From Gammaproteobacteria bacterium (GTDB lineage: Bacteria; Pseudomonadota; Gammaproteobacteria; Eutrophobiales; Eutrophobiaceae), in assembly GCA_016179185.1 (NCBI GenBank), contig JACORW010000018.1, forward strand, positions 5,227 through 69,226: 64,000 nucleotides of DNA. Reading direction: 5' to 3'. This document shows positions 55,539 through 64,000 of this stretch, in pieces; within the stretch, counting starts at the first letter, position 1, and each line of letters starts with the position of its first letter. Below the pieces are notes generated by a model, which saw only the letters and a list, made by a program, of their open reading frames with translations, was not told the DNA's origin and did not search any database. The translations under genes were made by a program, and so were the position numbers.

Positions 55539-57161
55539 GTGACCGAGACCGTACGCGACTCAGAGCAGCAGGTTTTTGAAACCAACTCCGGTATCCCGGT
55601 GGAGGAGTTGTACGACGCCCATGCGCTGCAAGGCTTCGACCCGGAGCGCGACCTTGGCGCGCCGGGGGAATTTCCGTTCACGCGCGGACCCTATGCAGGC
55701 ATGTACCGGCGGCGCATCTGGACGCGCCGCTTTCAGGTCGGATTCGGCTCGCCGCAGGAATCCAACGAGCGCATCCGTTACCTGTATGAGAACGGCGCCA
55801 ACGGCTTCGTCATCACCATTGATTTGCCCACGTCCTACGGTTTCGATTCCGATGATCCCATCGCCGAGGGCGAGGTCGGCGTCACCGGTGTCACTTTGAG
55901 CACGCTGGAGGACATGAGTGCCCTGTATGAGGGTTTCGGCCCCGACCGGGTGTCCTACGCGCTTTCCATCCGGCCGCCGGTGTCCAGTGTCACGCTGGCG
56001 ATGCTGGCATGCGTGGCCGAAGACAAGGGCGTGCCGTTCAAAGACGTCATCGGAACGCAGCAGAACGATCCCTTCTACCAGATGAGCGGCGGCCCGCTGC
56101 AGACCATCACGCAATTCTTCCCGCTCGACGGCACGTTGCGGCTGTGCATTGACAACATCGAGTTCATATCGAAGCACATGCCGCGCCTCAACTGGATGGT
56201 GACCAACGGTTACAATCTGCGCGAGACCGGCGTGAACGCGGTCGAGGACGGGGCGTTCACGCTGGCCCACGCCTTCGACATCTTCCGCATGGCCAGGGCC
56301 CGGGGCCTGGATGTCAACGAGTTTCCAAGGCGCGCGTCGTTTTTTCTGTCGGCGTCCATGGACTTCTTCGAAGAAATTGCGAAGTTCCGCGCCATGCGGC
56401 GCCTGTACGCGCGCACCATGCGCGATGAACTGGGTGCCACGGATCCGGCCTGCCTGCGGCTGCGGTTCTCGGTGCAAACCGCCGGCAACACGCTGACCAC
56501 GCAGCAGCCCGAGGTCAACATCGTGCGCGCCGGCATCGAGGCCATGGCGGCGGTATTCGGCGGCGCGCAGTCAATACATCTCTGTTCCTACGACGAAGGT
56601 CATGGCCTGCCCACCGAGGAATCCTCGCGCATTGCGCTGCGCACGCAGCAGGTGGTTGCCTACGAAACGGGCGTGACCAGGACCATTGACCCGTTGGCGG
56701 GTTCCTATTACGTGGAACACCTGACCAACAGGCTGGAACAGGCCATTCAGACCAAAATCAGGGAGATCGACCAGATGGGCGGCATGGCGAGCGCTATCCG
56801 CGACGGCTGGCTGGAGCAGCAGATCAACGCGGCTCGTTACCGCAACCAGCGGGAACTGGATTCAGGACGGCGCACGCTTGTGGGTGTCAATCGCTTCACC
56901 ATTCCGGCGTCAGAGGAAAAGCCGGTGCGCGTGCACAGGATCCGCGCCGATGAATGGGGCGCGCGCCGCGGCGACTACCTGCGCAACTACCGCATGCATC
57001 GCGACGCTGACCGCTGGAACGCCGGCCTGTCCCGGGTCGAGGAAGGCTGGAAGGCGAACGAGAACATGGTGCCGGTGATCATGAATGCCCTGAGGTGCCA
57101 GGCCACAATGGGGGAGATCCATGAAGCCATGCGGCGGGCGCAGGGGTGGAGGTTTCGGTGA
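55539..57161 (+). CDS. B12-dependent acyl-CoA mutase, large (substrate-binding) subunit
   Basis: PGEFPFTRGPY, DLPT, EEIAKFRAMRR, QQPEVNIVR and DPLAGSYYVE. Confidence 0.92.
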   Translation: MTETVRDSEQQVFETNSGIPVEELYDAHALQGFDPERDLGAPGEFPFTRGPYAGMYRRRIWTRRFQVGFGSPQESNERIRYLYENGANGFVITIDLPTSYGFDSDDPIAEGEVGVTGVTLSTLEDMSALYEGFGPDRVSYALSIRPPVSSVTLAMLACVAEDKGVPFKDVIGTQQNDPFYQMSGGPLQTITQFFPLDGTLRLCIDNIEFISKHMPRLNWMVTNGYNLRETGVNAVEDGAFTLAHAFDIFRMARARGLDVNEFPRRASFFLSASMDFFEEIAKFRAMRRLYARTMRDELGATDPACLRLRFSVQTAGNTLTTQQPEVNIVRAGIEAMAAVFGGAQSIHLCSYDEGHGLPTEESSRIALRTQQVVAYETGVTRTIDPLAGSYYVEHLTNRLEQAIQTKIREIDQMGGMASAIRDGWLEQQINAARYRNQRELDSGRRTLVGVNRFTIPASEEKPVRVHRIRADEWGARRGDYLRNYRMHRDADRWNAGLSRVEEGWKANENMVPVIMNALRCQATMGEIHEAMRRAQGWRFR

Positions 57162-57238
57162 GGCAGCTACAAGCTACAAGCGACAAGCTACAAGTGAAAA
57201 AATGTTTTCCTTGTTGCTTGTGGCTTGTAGCTTGTGGC
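57162..57238. repeat. Inverted heptamer (GCNACAA) arrays, 4+4 units
   Basis: GCTACAA GCTACAA GCGACAA GCTACAA (57166-57193) and TTGTTGC TTGTGGC TTGTAGC TTGTGGC (57211-57238). Confidence 0.88.
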
Positions 57239-57263
57239 TCAGATAGCACCTGAGGCACAACGC

Positions 57264-57665
57264 GTGAACTCTCCAAAGCGCATCCTGCTGGCCAAGATGG
57301 GCCTCGACTGCCACGACACCGGCATCATCACCGTCGCCCAGCAGTTGCGCGAAAACGGTTTCGAAGTGATCTACCTCGGCCTGCACAACTCCGCGCAGCA
57401 GGTGATCAAGGCCGCAATGGAGGAGGACGTCGATCTCGTCGGGGTCAGCTTTCTTTCCGGTCAACACATGGCGCAGATGTGCAATCTGCTCGAGGCGATG
57501 CGGGAGGCAGGAATGAGGCTGCCGGTGATCTGTGGCGGCGTCATCCCGGACGACGACGCGGCCGAGCTGCGCGGGATGGGGGTTGCGGAGGTGATTCGAC
57601 CCGGCTGCCTGACTGCTGACATTCTCCGCATTGTGAGTAGTGCTTTGGAAATGCGACGTGAGTAG
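57264..57665 (+). CDS. B12-binding small subunit of acyl-CoA mutase
   Basis: LDCHDTG (DxHxxG), GVSFLSG and GGVIP. Confidence 0.92.
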   Translation: MNSPKRILLAKMGLDCHDTGIITVAQQLRENGFEVIYLGLHNSAQQVIKAAMEEDVDLVGVSFLSGQHMAQMCNLLEAMREAGMRLPVICGGVIPDDDAAELRGMGVAEVIRPGCLTADILRIVSSALEMRRE

Positions 57666-57723
57666 CAAGCGACAAGCCACAAGCAACAAGCGACAAGTGG
57701 AACCAAGGTACGTTCCTTGTGGC
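57662..57723. repeat. Heptamer (GCNACAA) array
   Basis: GCGACAA GCCACAA GCAACAA GCGACAA (57669-57696) and one inverted unit at 57717-57723. Confidence 0.82.
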
Positions 57724-57732
57724 TGACTTTTT

Positions 57733-59283
57733 ATGACCCTCGACGAAATCCCCGCGCGCAATGCCCTGCGCTTTCCGCACAAGCCCGCCTTCATCATGGG
57801 CGAAGTCCGCCGCACCTGGGCTGAAGTTGATGCGCGCGTGACGCGGCTGGCCCATGCGTTGTCAGACGCCGGGCTGCGGGCGGGAGATCGCGTCGCGGTG
57901 CTGCTGCCCAACTGTCCCGAGTATTTCGAGATCTATTTCGGCTGCGCCCGCGCCGGTGTCATCGCCGTGCCGCTGAACTACCGGCTCACCGCGCGAGAAC
58001 TGACGCAGATCCTGTCGCACGCCGAGCCCGCGCTGCTGGTCGTCGGCGCTGAATATCTGCCGCAGGCCCGTGAACTGAAGAAGCTGTTGCCGGCCGTGCG
58101 CCGCTATTGGGTGCTGGGGGAAGGCAGCCTCGACGGGGCGGGGAATTATCGTCAGTTACTCAGTGCAGCCGGGACCGGCCCGGTTCATGCCCTCCGGGCG
58201 GACACGGATCCGTGCGCGATCTTTTACACCAGTGGCACCACCGGCCTGCCCAAGGGCGCCATGGTGTCGCACTTGAATCTGGAGATGAACGGCTACAACC
58301 AGATGATCGCCGACGCAAGCCGGCATGACGACATCAACCTGGTCTCGACGCCCATTTACCATGTGGGCGCCGTGTTCGTCGCCGTGACCTACATGATGCT
58401 GGGCTGCGCGCAGGTCATCGTGCCGCGCTTCGAGCCGGGACTGTGGTTGCAGACCACGGCCGCAAGCCGCGCCACGGTGGCGCTGTTGATCCCCACGATG
58501 ATCAACGCCGTACTGCATCATCCGGGCTGTGATCAAACGGATCTGTCCGCATTGCGGCTGATCTTCTATGGCGGCGGCCCGATGCCGCCGGCCGTGCTGG
58601 AGCGTGCGATGAAACGGTTGCACTGCGGGTTCACCCAGGGCTACGGGTTGACGGAGACACTGGAGGCCACGTTTCTCACGTCCCAGGACCATGTGCTCGG
58701 CGGCACGGCGCTACAGCAGAAGCGCCTGGGATCCGCCGGCCGCGAGGCAGTGGGCGCGGAAGTGCGCATCGTTGATGACGCCGGCCGGGATCTTGGTGTC
58801 AACGAAATCGGGGAAATCCTGGTGCGCAGCCGCAGCGTCATCGCCGGGTACTGGAACATGCCGGATGAAACCCGGCAGGCCATTCGCGAACGCTGGTTCC
58901 ACACCGGCGATCTCGGTTATCTCGATGAAGAACGCTATCTGTTTCTGGTCGATCGGAAAAAGGACATGGTGGTCAGTGGCGGCGTAAACATCTATTCGAA
59001 GGAGATCGAGGCGGTGCTTTACCAGCACCCAGCGGTGCTGGAGGCTGCCATCATCGGCCTGCCGGACGAGGAATGGGGCGAAAGTGTCACCGCTGTCATC
59101 GCGAAAAAACCGGGCAGTGAAGTCAGCGCCGCTGAAATCACCGAGCATTGCCGGGCCACGCTGGCCGGCTACAAAAAGCCGCGGCGCGTGTTTTTCCTGC
59201 CGGAGCTCCCCAAGAATCCGAGCGGCAAGATCCTGAAACGCGAACTGCGCATGATGCTCGCCGGTTCTCCGGCGGGCCGGTAA
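57733..59283 (+). CDS. Acyl/aryl-CoA ligase
   Basis: YTSGTTGLPKG, QGYGLTE, WFHTGD and PKNPSGKILK. Confidence 0.93.
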   Translation: MTLDEIPARNALRFPHKPAFIMGEVRRTWAEVDARVTRLAHALSDAGLRAGDRVAVLLPNCPEYFEIYFGCARAGVIAVPLNYRLTARELTQILSHAEPALLVVGAEYLPQARELKKLLPAVRRYWVLGEGSLDGAGNYRQLLSAAGTGPVHALRADTDPCAIFYTSGTTGLPKGAMVSHLNLEMNGYNQMIADASRHDDINLVSTPIYHVGAVFVAVTYMMLGCAQVIVPRFEPGLWLQTTAASRATVALLIPTMINAVLHHPGCDQTDLSALRLIFYGGGPMPPAVLERAMKRLHCGFTQGYGLTETLEATFLTSQDHVLGGTALQQKRLGSAGREAVGAEVRIVDDAGRDLGVNEIGEILVRSRSVIAGYWNMPDETRQAIRERWFHTGDLGYLDEERYLFLVDRKKDMVVSGGVNIYSKEIEAVLYQHPAVLEAAIIGLPDEEWGESVTAVIAKKPGSEVSAAEITEHCRATLAGYKKPRRVFFLPELPKNPSGKILKRELRMMLAGSPAGR

Positions 59284-59306
59284 AGCAGGGAGCCGCGCCA
59301 GGCGTC

Positions 59307-60272
59307 ATGGATCAGAACACGCTGTTAGAGGGGATCCTTCGGCGGCAGCGTGCCGCCGTGTCGCGCGGCATCAGTCTGGTGGAAAGGGAGGACCCCGCGG
59401 CCGGTCCATTGCTGTGCCAGTTGCGGGGAAATGTCGGCCGTGCCCATCGCGTCGGCGTTACCGGGCCGCCCGGGGCCGGCAAGTCCACGTTGTTGGGCGC
59501 ACTGGCGGGATCGCTGGCAGAGCGCGGCGAGAGTATCGGTGTACTGGCGGTGGATCCCACCAGCCCGTTCACGCACGGGGCGGTGCTGGGGGACCGCGTG
59601 CGCATGGCGGACCTGGATCAGTCAGACCGCATTTTCATTCGCAGCATGGCGAGCCGTGGGCAGGGCGGCGGTCTCAGCCCGCGCGCCGCGGATGCGGCAG
59701 ACGTGCTGGATGCGGCGGGATATCCGTGGCTGTTCATCGAAAGCGTGGGCGTGGGGCAGGTGGAACTGGACATCCGCCACGTCGTGGACACGACGATCGT
59801 CGTGCTGGTGCCGGAGTCAGGGGATCAGATACAGGCCATCAAGGCGGGGTTGATGGAAATCGCGGATCTGTACGTTGTCAACAAGTGTGATCACGCCGGG
59901 GCGGACGCGATGCTCGCGGCGGTGCGATCCTGCGTGTCGCTGCAGCACCATCCCGATCCCGACTGGATGCCGGGAATATTCGGCGCCTCGGCAACCGCGC
60001 GCCAGGGAATCGCCGGGATACTCGCAGAACTGCAACGGCATCGCGCGCATCTCTCGGCGCAGGGACGCCTGCAACAGCGCCGCCGTGCCGGGATGGCCGC
60101 GCGACTGGCCGGCATTGTCAAACACCACGTGGCGGCGCGACTGGGAAGCTCGGTGCGGACCGGGCAACTGGATTCGGCGGTGGAGAAGGCGCTGTCCGGC
60201 GCCGAATCCCCCGACGAGATCGCGCGCGACTGGTTGGCGTGCTGGCTTGCCCGGGGCGGAGGCGGGGCATGA
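59307..60272 (+). CDS. meaB: Mutase-associated GTPase chaperone
   Basis: GPPGAGKST, AVDPTSP, LGDRVRM, ESVGVGQ, KAGLMEIAD and NKCD. Confidence 0.92.
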   Translation: MDQNTLLEGILRRQRAAVSRGISLVEREDPAAGPLLCQLRGNVGRAHRVGVTGPPGAGKSTLLGALAGSLAERGESIGVLAVDPTSPFTHGAVLGDRVRMADLDQSDRIFIRSMASRGQGGGLSPRAADAADVLDAAGYPWLFIESVGVGQVELDIRHVVDTTIVVLVPESGDQIQAIKAGLMEIADLYVVNKCDHAGADAMLAAVRSCVSLQHHPDPDWMPGIFGASATARQGIAGILAELQRHRAHLSAQGRLQQRRRAGMAARLAGIVKHHVAARLGSSVRTGQLDSAVEKALSGAESPDEIARDWLACWLARGGGGA

Positions 60273-62002
60273 GTACGGAATACTCGCCGCCGCTGCGGGA
60301 GCAGTTGTTCCTGCTGGAGCATTTGAACCGCTGGGATGAGCTGTTTTCGCTGGCAATCTTTCGCCACGCCGACGCGGAGGTGGCGAAGGATGTATTGACG
60401 GCCGGGGCCGAATTTGCCCGCGGGGTGCTGGCGCCCTTGAACGCCGCCGGCGACGAGCACGGCTGCCGGCTGGAGAACGGCCGCGTTGTCACGGCCCCCG
60501 GATTCAAGGCGGCCTGGAGCGAATTTGCGGCGGGAGGCTGGCCGGGTCTGGACATGCCGCAAAAGTTCGGCGGGCAGGATCTGCCGCTGTCCGTGCAGGT
60601 CGCGTTTGCGGAGATGGTCAATGGCGCGTGCGTCTCGTTCGGCATGATGCCCATCATGCTGCGTGCCGGCGGCCGGCTGCTGCTGGATCATGCCGAACCC
60701 GCTTTGGTCGAGCGGATTGTCCCGAGACTGGTCTCCGGCGAGTGGGGCGCGACCATCTGCATCACCGAGCCGCAGGCGGGCTCCGATGTGGGTCGCTTGC
60801 GAACTACCGCAGTGCCACGCGCGGACGGCAGTTATGGGCTCAGCGGAACCAAGATCTTCATCAGCTACGGCGACCATGACCTGACCGATCAGGTTATTCA
60901 TTTTGTTCTGGCGCGCCCACCCGGTGCGCCGGCAGGCACGCAAGGCATCAGTCTGTTCGCGGTACCGGCCCGTCGCTTCGACGACGGCTCAAACAACGGC
61001 GTGTCCGTGAGTCGGCTGGAGAAAAAAATGGGTCTCAAGGCCTCGCCCACGTGCGTGTTCAACCTCGATCAGGCCGTCGGCTGGCGTATCGGGCCGGAAT
61101 TCGAGGGATTGAGGTGCATGTTCACCATGGTGAACCTGATGCGGCTCGAGGTTGCCATTCAGGGTGTGGCGTTGGCACAGGCGGCGACGGACCGGGCGTG
61201 GGCCTATGCCGGAGAGCGGTTGCAGGGCGGGCGGCCCGACCAGGCTCCGACTCCCATCCGCGCCCATGCCGACGTGCAGCGCATGCTGATGATCATGCAG
61301 GCGCGCACCCGGGCCATGCGCGCGCTGGTGTTTCAGACCGCCCACTGGCTGGATCTGGCGCGGGCGGCGCCCGCGGAGGAACAACGGCTGCGGGCGCGGC
61401 ACATGGCGGAAATTTTACTGCCGGTGTGCAAGACCTGCGGGGCGGAAACGGCGTTTGAGGTCGCGAGCCTGGCGGTGCAGGTGTTCGGCGGGCACGGCTA
61501 CATCCGTGATGCCGGCGTCGAGCAGTACGTTCGCGACAGCCGGGTCGCGTCCATCTATGAAGGCACCAGCGGCATCCAGGCGCTGGACCTGCTGACGCGC
61601 AAGGTCCTCAAGGACGATGCCGCGCGTTTCCGCCGGTTGCTTGAGACCATGCGCGCCGACGTGCAGTGGCATCGCGCGACCCCGGCACTGGCGACGCTGG
61701 CTTCCGCGCTGGAGGATGCAATTGCTTCCGTTGAGCGGTGCACCACCGAGCTGCGCGGCCGCGCCGCGACACAACCGCGCGCTGTGGAATGGGCAGCCAC
61801 CGATTACCTGCAACTGATCGGCCTGGTGGCCGGTGCCTGGATGTGGCTGCGTATGGCCGCGGCCTCAGGTTCGGGTTCCGCGGAGGACCGGGAACGGCGC
61901 CGGCTGGCGGGGTTCTACATGCAGTGGTTGCTGCCGCAGGCGGCGGTGCACCAGGCCAGAATCGCGCTCGGTGGCGCATGCGAGTTGGCGGAGTTCGACT
62001 GA
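60269..62002 (+). CDS. Acyl-CoA dehydrogenase (long, DmdC-like subfamily)
   Basis: TICITEPQAGSD, GTKIFIS, EKKMGLKASPT, QVFGGHGY and IYEGTSGIQALDL. Confidence 0.92.
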   Translation: MSTEYSPPLREQLFLLEHLNRWDELFSLAIFRHADAEVAKDVLTAGAEFARGVLAPLNAAGDEHGCRLENGRVVTAPGFKAAWSEFAAGGWPGLDMPQKFGGQDLPLSVQVAFAEMVNGACVSFGMMPIMLRAGGRLLLDHAEPALVERIVPRLVSGEWGATICITEPQAGSDVGRLRTTAVPRADGSYGLSGTKIFISYGDHDLTDQVIHFVLARPPGAPAGTQGISLFAVPARRFDDGSNNGVSVSRLEKKMGLKASPTCVFNLDQAVGWRIGPEFEGLRCMFTMVNLMRLEVAIQGVALAQAATDRAWAYAGERLQGGRPDQAPTPIRAHADVQRMLMIMQARTRAMRALVFQTAHWLDLARAAPAEEQRLRARHMAEILLPVCKTCGAETAFEVASLAVQVFGGHGYIRDAGVEQYVRDSRVASIYEGTSGIQALDLLTRKVLKDDAARFRRLLETMRADVQWHRATPALATLASALEDAIASVERCTTELRGRAATQPRAVEWAATDYLQLIGLVAGAWMWLRMAAASGSGSAEDRERRRLAGFYMQWLLPQAAVHQARIALGGACELAEFD

Positions 62003-62014
62003 CTGGAGGGTGTG

Positions 62015-63964
62015 ATGAGCGTGCAATTTCCTTTACTGTTCAGGCCGGGCCGCATCGGCCGGCTGGAGATCCCCAACCGCATCGTCAAGGCGCCGACGTC
62101 CAGCGGGCTCAGTAACAAGGATGGAACCGTTTCCGATCGGCTGATTCGCCATTACCGCGGACAGGCCGCCGGCGGCGTGGGCCTGCTGATCGTCGAATAC
62201 GCGTTCATTGACGAGGACGCCAGCAAGTCCGCCCACTGCCAGCTGGGGATCAGCACCGACGATCACATCTCCGGGCTCGCGTGGCTGGCGGACGTGATCA
62301 AGGATCACGGCGCGCGCGCCGCCATTCAACTGGAACATTGCGGCCGGCAGAAATTCCTCGGCACGCAGCCCATCAAGTCCGCCTCCGCCATCCCGTGGCC
62401 GTCGCTGAAGCAGCGCAAGGGCGAGGCGGCGGTACCGAAGGAAATGACCAGCGCCGAAATCAGGCAGGCTGCCGGCGCCTTCGGCGACGCCGCGCGGCGC
62501 GCAAAACTGGCCGGGTTCGAACTGGTGGAGATCCATGGCGCCCACGGTTACCTGATCACGAACTTCCTGTCGCCGCATACCAACAAGCGCACCGATGAGT
62601 ACGGTGGATCACTGGAAAACCGGATGCGCTTCATGGTCGAGGTCATTGACGACTGTCGCAGAAAAATCGGACCGGATTTTCCGCTGACCATCCGGCTGTC
62701 CGGCAGCGACTACGAACCGGACGGCTTCCAGGTGGACGAGACCATCGAAGTCGCGAAGGTCGCGGTGCGTCATGGCGTGGACGCCCTGCACATCTCCGGC
62801 GGCGATCACCATCAGATGATCCACCAGGTGAGTCCCATGGCCATCGAGCGCTGCCACAATGTCTACGCAGCCGCCGCCATCAAACCGCATGTGAACGTAC
62901 CGGTGATCGCATCCGGTTCCATCAACATGCCGCACCTCGCCGAACAGGTGCTGGCGGAAGGCAAGGGCGACTTCATCGGCCTCGGCCGGCCGTTGTGGGC
63001 CGATCCGGAGTGGCCGCGCAAGGCGCGGGAAGGGCGCGAGGAAGACATCATTCCCTGCATCCGCTGCAACGACGGCTGTCTTGATCGCACCTTTTTCAAT
63101 TTCCGCGGGGTGTCTTGTTCCGTGAATCCCAATCTGGGCCGGGAAGGGGAATTTGCCATCACACAGGCCGCGCGCAGGAAGAAAATTGCCGTCATCGGCG
63201 GCGGGGTGGCGGGGCTGGAAGCAGCCCGCGTGCTCACGCTGCGCGGCCATGACGTGACCATCTTCGAGAAGCGCAAATTCCTGGGCGGCGTGGGCATCGA
63301 GGGATCGGTGGCGGATTTCAAATCCGATTACCGGTTTTTCGTGGATTACCAGATCGCGCAGATCAGGAAGCTCAACGTGCCGGTCGTGCAAAAGACGCTG
63401 GCGGCCGCTGATGTGACCGGATTTGACGTGGCCGTGGTCGCCACCGGGGCGGCGTCCACGCGGCCTGATATTCCGGGCGCGGACAACCCCTCGGTGGTGG
63501 ACGCGGTGCCGATATTTCTCGACGACAGCCACGTGGGCAAACGCGTCATCGTCCTCGGCGGCGGCGAGACGGCGGTCGAGACCGCGCTGTACCTGGAGCA
63601 GCGCGGCCGGGAGGTGACTTTGATTCACCGGCGCAGCGAATTGATGAACCGCGGCGTCGCCATCACCGACAAGATCGCCTACAACGAAATGCTGGCGCGG
63701 ACACGCATCAGGGTCGTGCTGGGCCAGCAGGTGATTGAATTCGGTACGGGCTGGGTCAGAACGCGGGATGAGAAGGGCAGCGAGTACCGCTACGAGGCCG
63801 ACACGATCGCCCTGGGGATGGGCTATGCTTCGCTGAAAGACGACATGGTCGAGGCATTGCGCGCGATGCCGGATCTGGAAGTGCACGTAATCGGGGATCG
63901 CGCAAATTCGGCGAAGGTGTACGAGGCGGTGAACGGGGCGTTGAAGACGTCTCTTCGCATATAG
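62015..63964 (+). CDS. Old-yellow-enzyme family NADH:flavin oxidoreductase (FMN, [4Fe-4S], FAD)
   Basis: EIHGAHGYL, NKRTDEYGGS, CIRCNDGC...C and IGGGVAGLEAA. Confidence 0.92.
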   Translation: MSVQFPLLFRPGRIGRLEIPNRIVKAPTSSGLSNKDGTVSDRLIRHYRGQAAGGVGLLIVEYAFIDEDASKSAHCQLGISTDDHISGLAWLADVIKDHGARAAIQLEHCGRQKFLGTQPIKSASAIPWPSLKQRKGEAAVPKEMTSAEIRQAAGAFGDAARRAKLAGFELVEIHGAHGYLITNFLSPHTNKRTDEYGGSLENRMRFMVEVIDDCRRKIGPDFPLTIRLSGSDYEPDGFQVDETIEVAKVAVRHGVDALHISGGDHHQMIHQVSPMAIERCHNVYAAAAIKPHVNVPVIASGSINMPHLAEQVLAEGKGDFIGLGRPLWADPEWPRKAREGREEDIIPCIRCNDGCLDRTFFNFRGVSCSVNPNLGREGEFAITQAARRKKIAVIGGGVAGLEAARVLTLRGHDVTIFEKRKFLGGVGIEGSVADFKSDYRFFVDYQIAQIRKLNVPVVQKTLAAADVTGFDVAVVATGAASTRPDIPGADNPSVVDAVPIFLDDSHVGKRVIVLGGGETAVETALYLEQRGREVTLIHRRSELMNRGVAITDKIAYNEMLARTRIRVVLGQQVIEFGTGWVRTRDEKGSEYRYEADTIALGMGYASLKDDMVEALRAMPDLEVHVIGDRANSAKVYEAVNGALKTSLRI

Positions 63965-64000
63965 TTGATCGCGGGCGCTGCTTCGGCCGCCCCGATCGCT

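Overview
GC-rich bacterial DNA, probably gammaproteobacterial (inferred from gene content). It has five blocks. (1) 1-16.3 kb is an H4MPT/methanofuran-type C1 transfer cluster (mptG, mtdB, mch, citG-like orf7, fae, orf17, orf9, pabB, orf21). Its divergent operon carries a Mo/W-type formylmethanofuran dehydrogenase set (fwdD-B-A, ftr, fwdC), a 7Fe ferredoxin, a ferredoxin-NADP reductase and then a second, non-catalytic fhcB-type paralogue. (2) 16.7-22 kb is class Ia nrdAB with tandem NrdR boxes. NrdA holds a 378-aa LAGLIDADG intein whose +1 residue is Gly, so it lacks the canonical splicing nucleophile. (3) 22.4-41.6 kb holds mixed accessory genes: SDR, dialkylglycine decarboxylase-like enzyme, two TA modules, a PhnY-like dioxygenase, DCC1-LMF, a TPR-TagF/ligase/GNAT/ACP operon, a MORC-like GHKL ATPase, dodecin, asnB and a CBS protein. 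(4) 41.8-49.6 kb is a PadBCD-like molybdoenzyme, a TonB receptor and a MarR regulator. (5) 50.4-64 kb is a catabolic operon (racemase, hydantoinase A/B, B12 acyl-CoA mutase with an atypical active site, CoA ligase, MeaB, acyl-CoA dehydrogenase, OYE). Non-coding DNA contains two striking repeat families: inverted heptamer arrays, and a 50-nt core enclosed by copy-specific long stems. I saw no rRNA, tRNA or CRISPR array. All calls come from motif recognition by eye; no searches were run.
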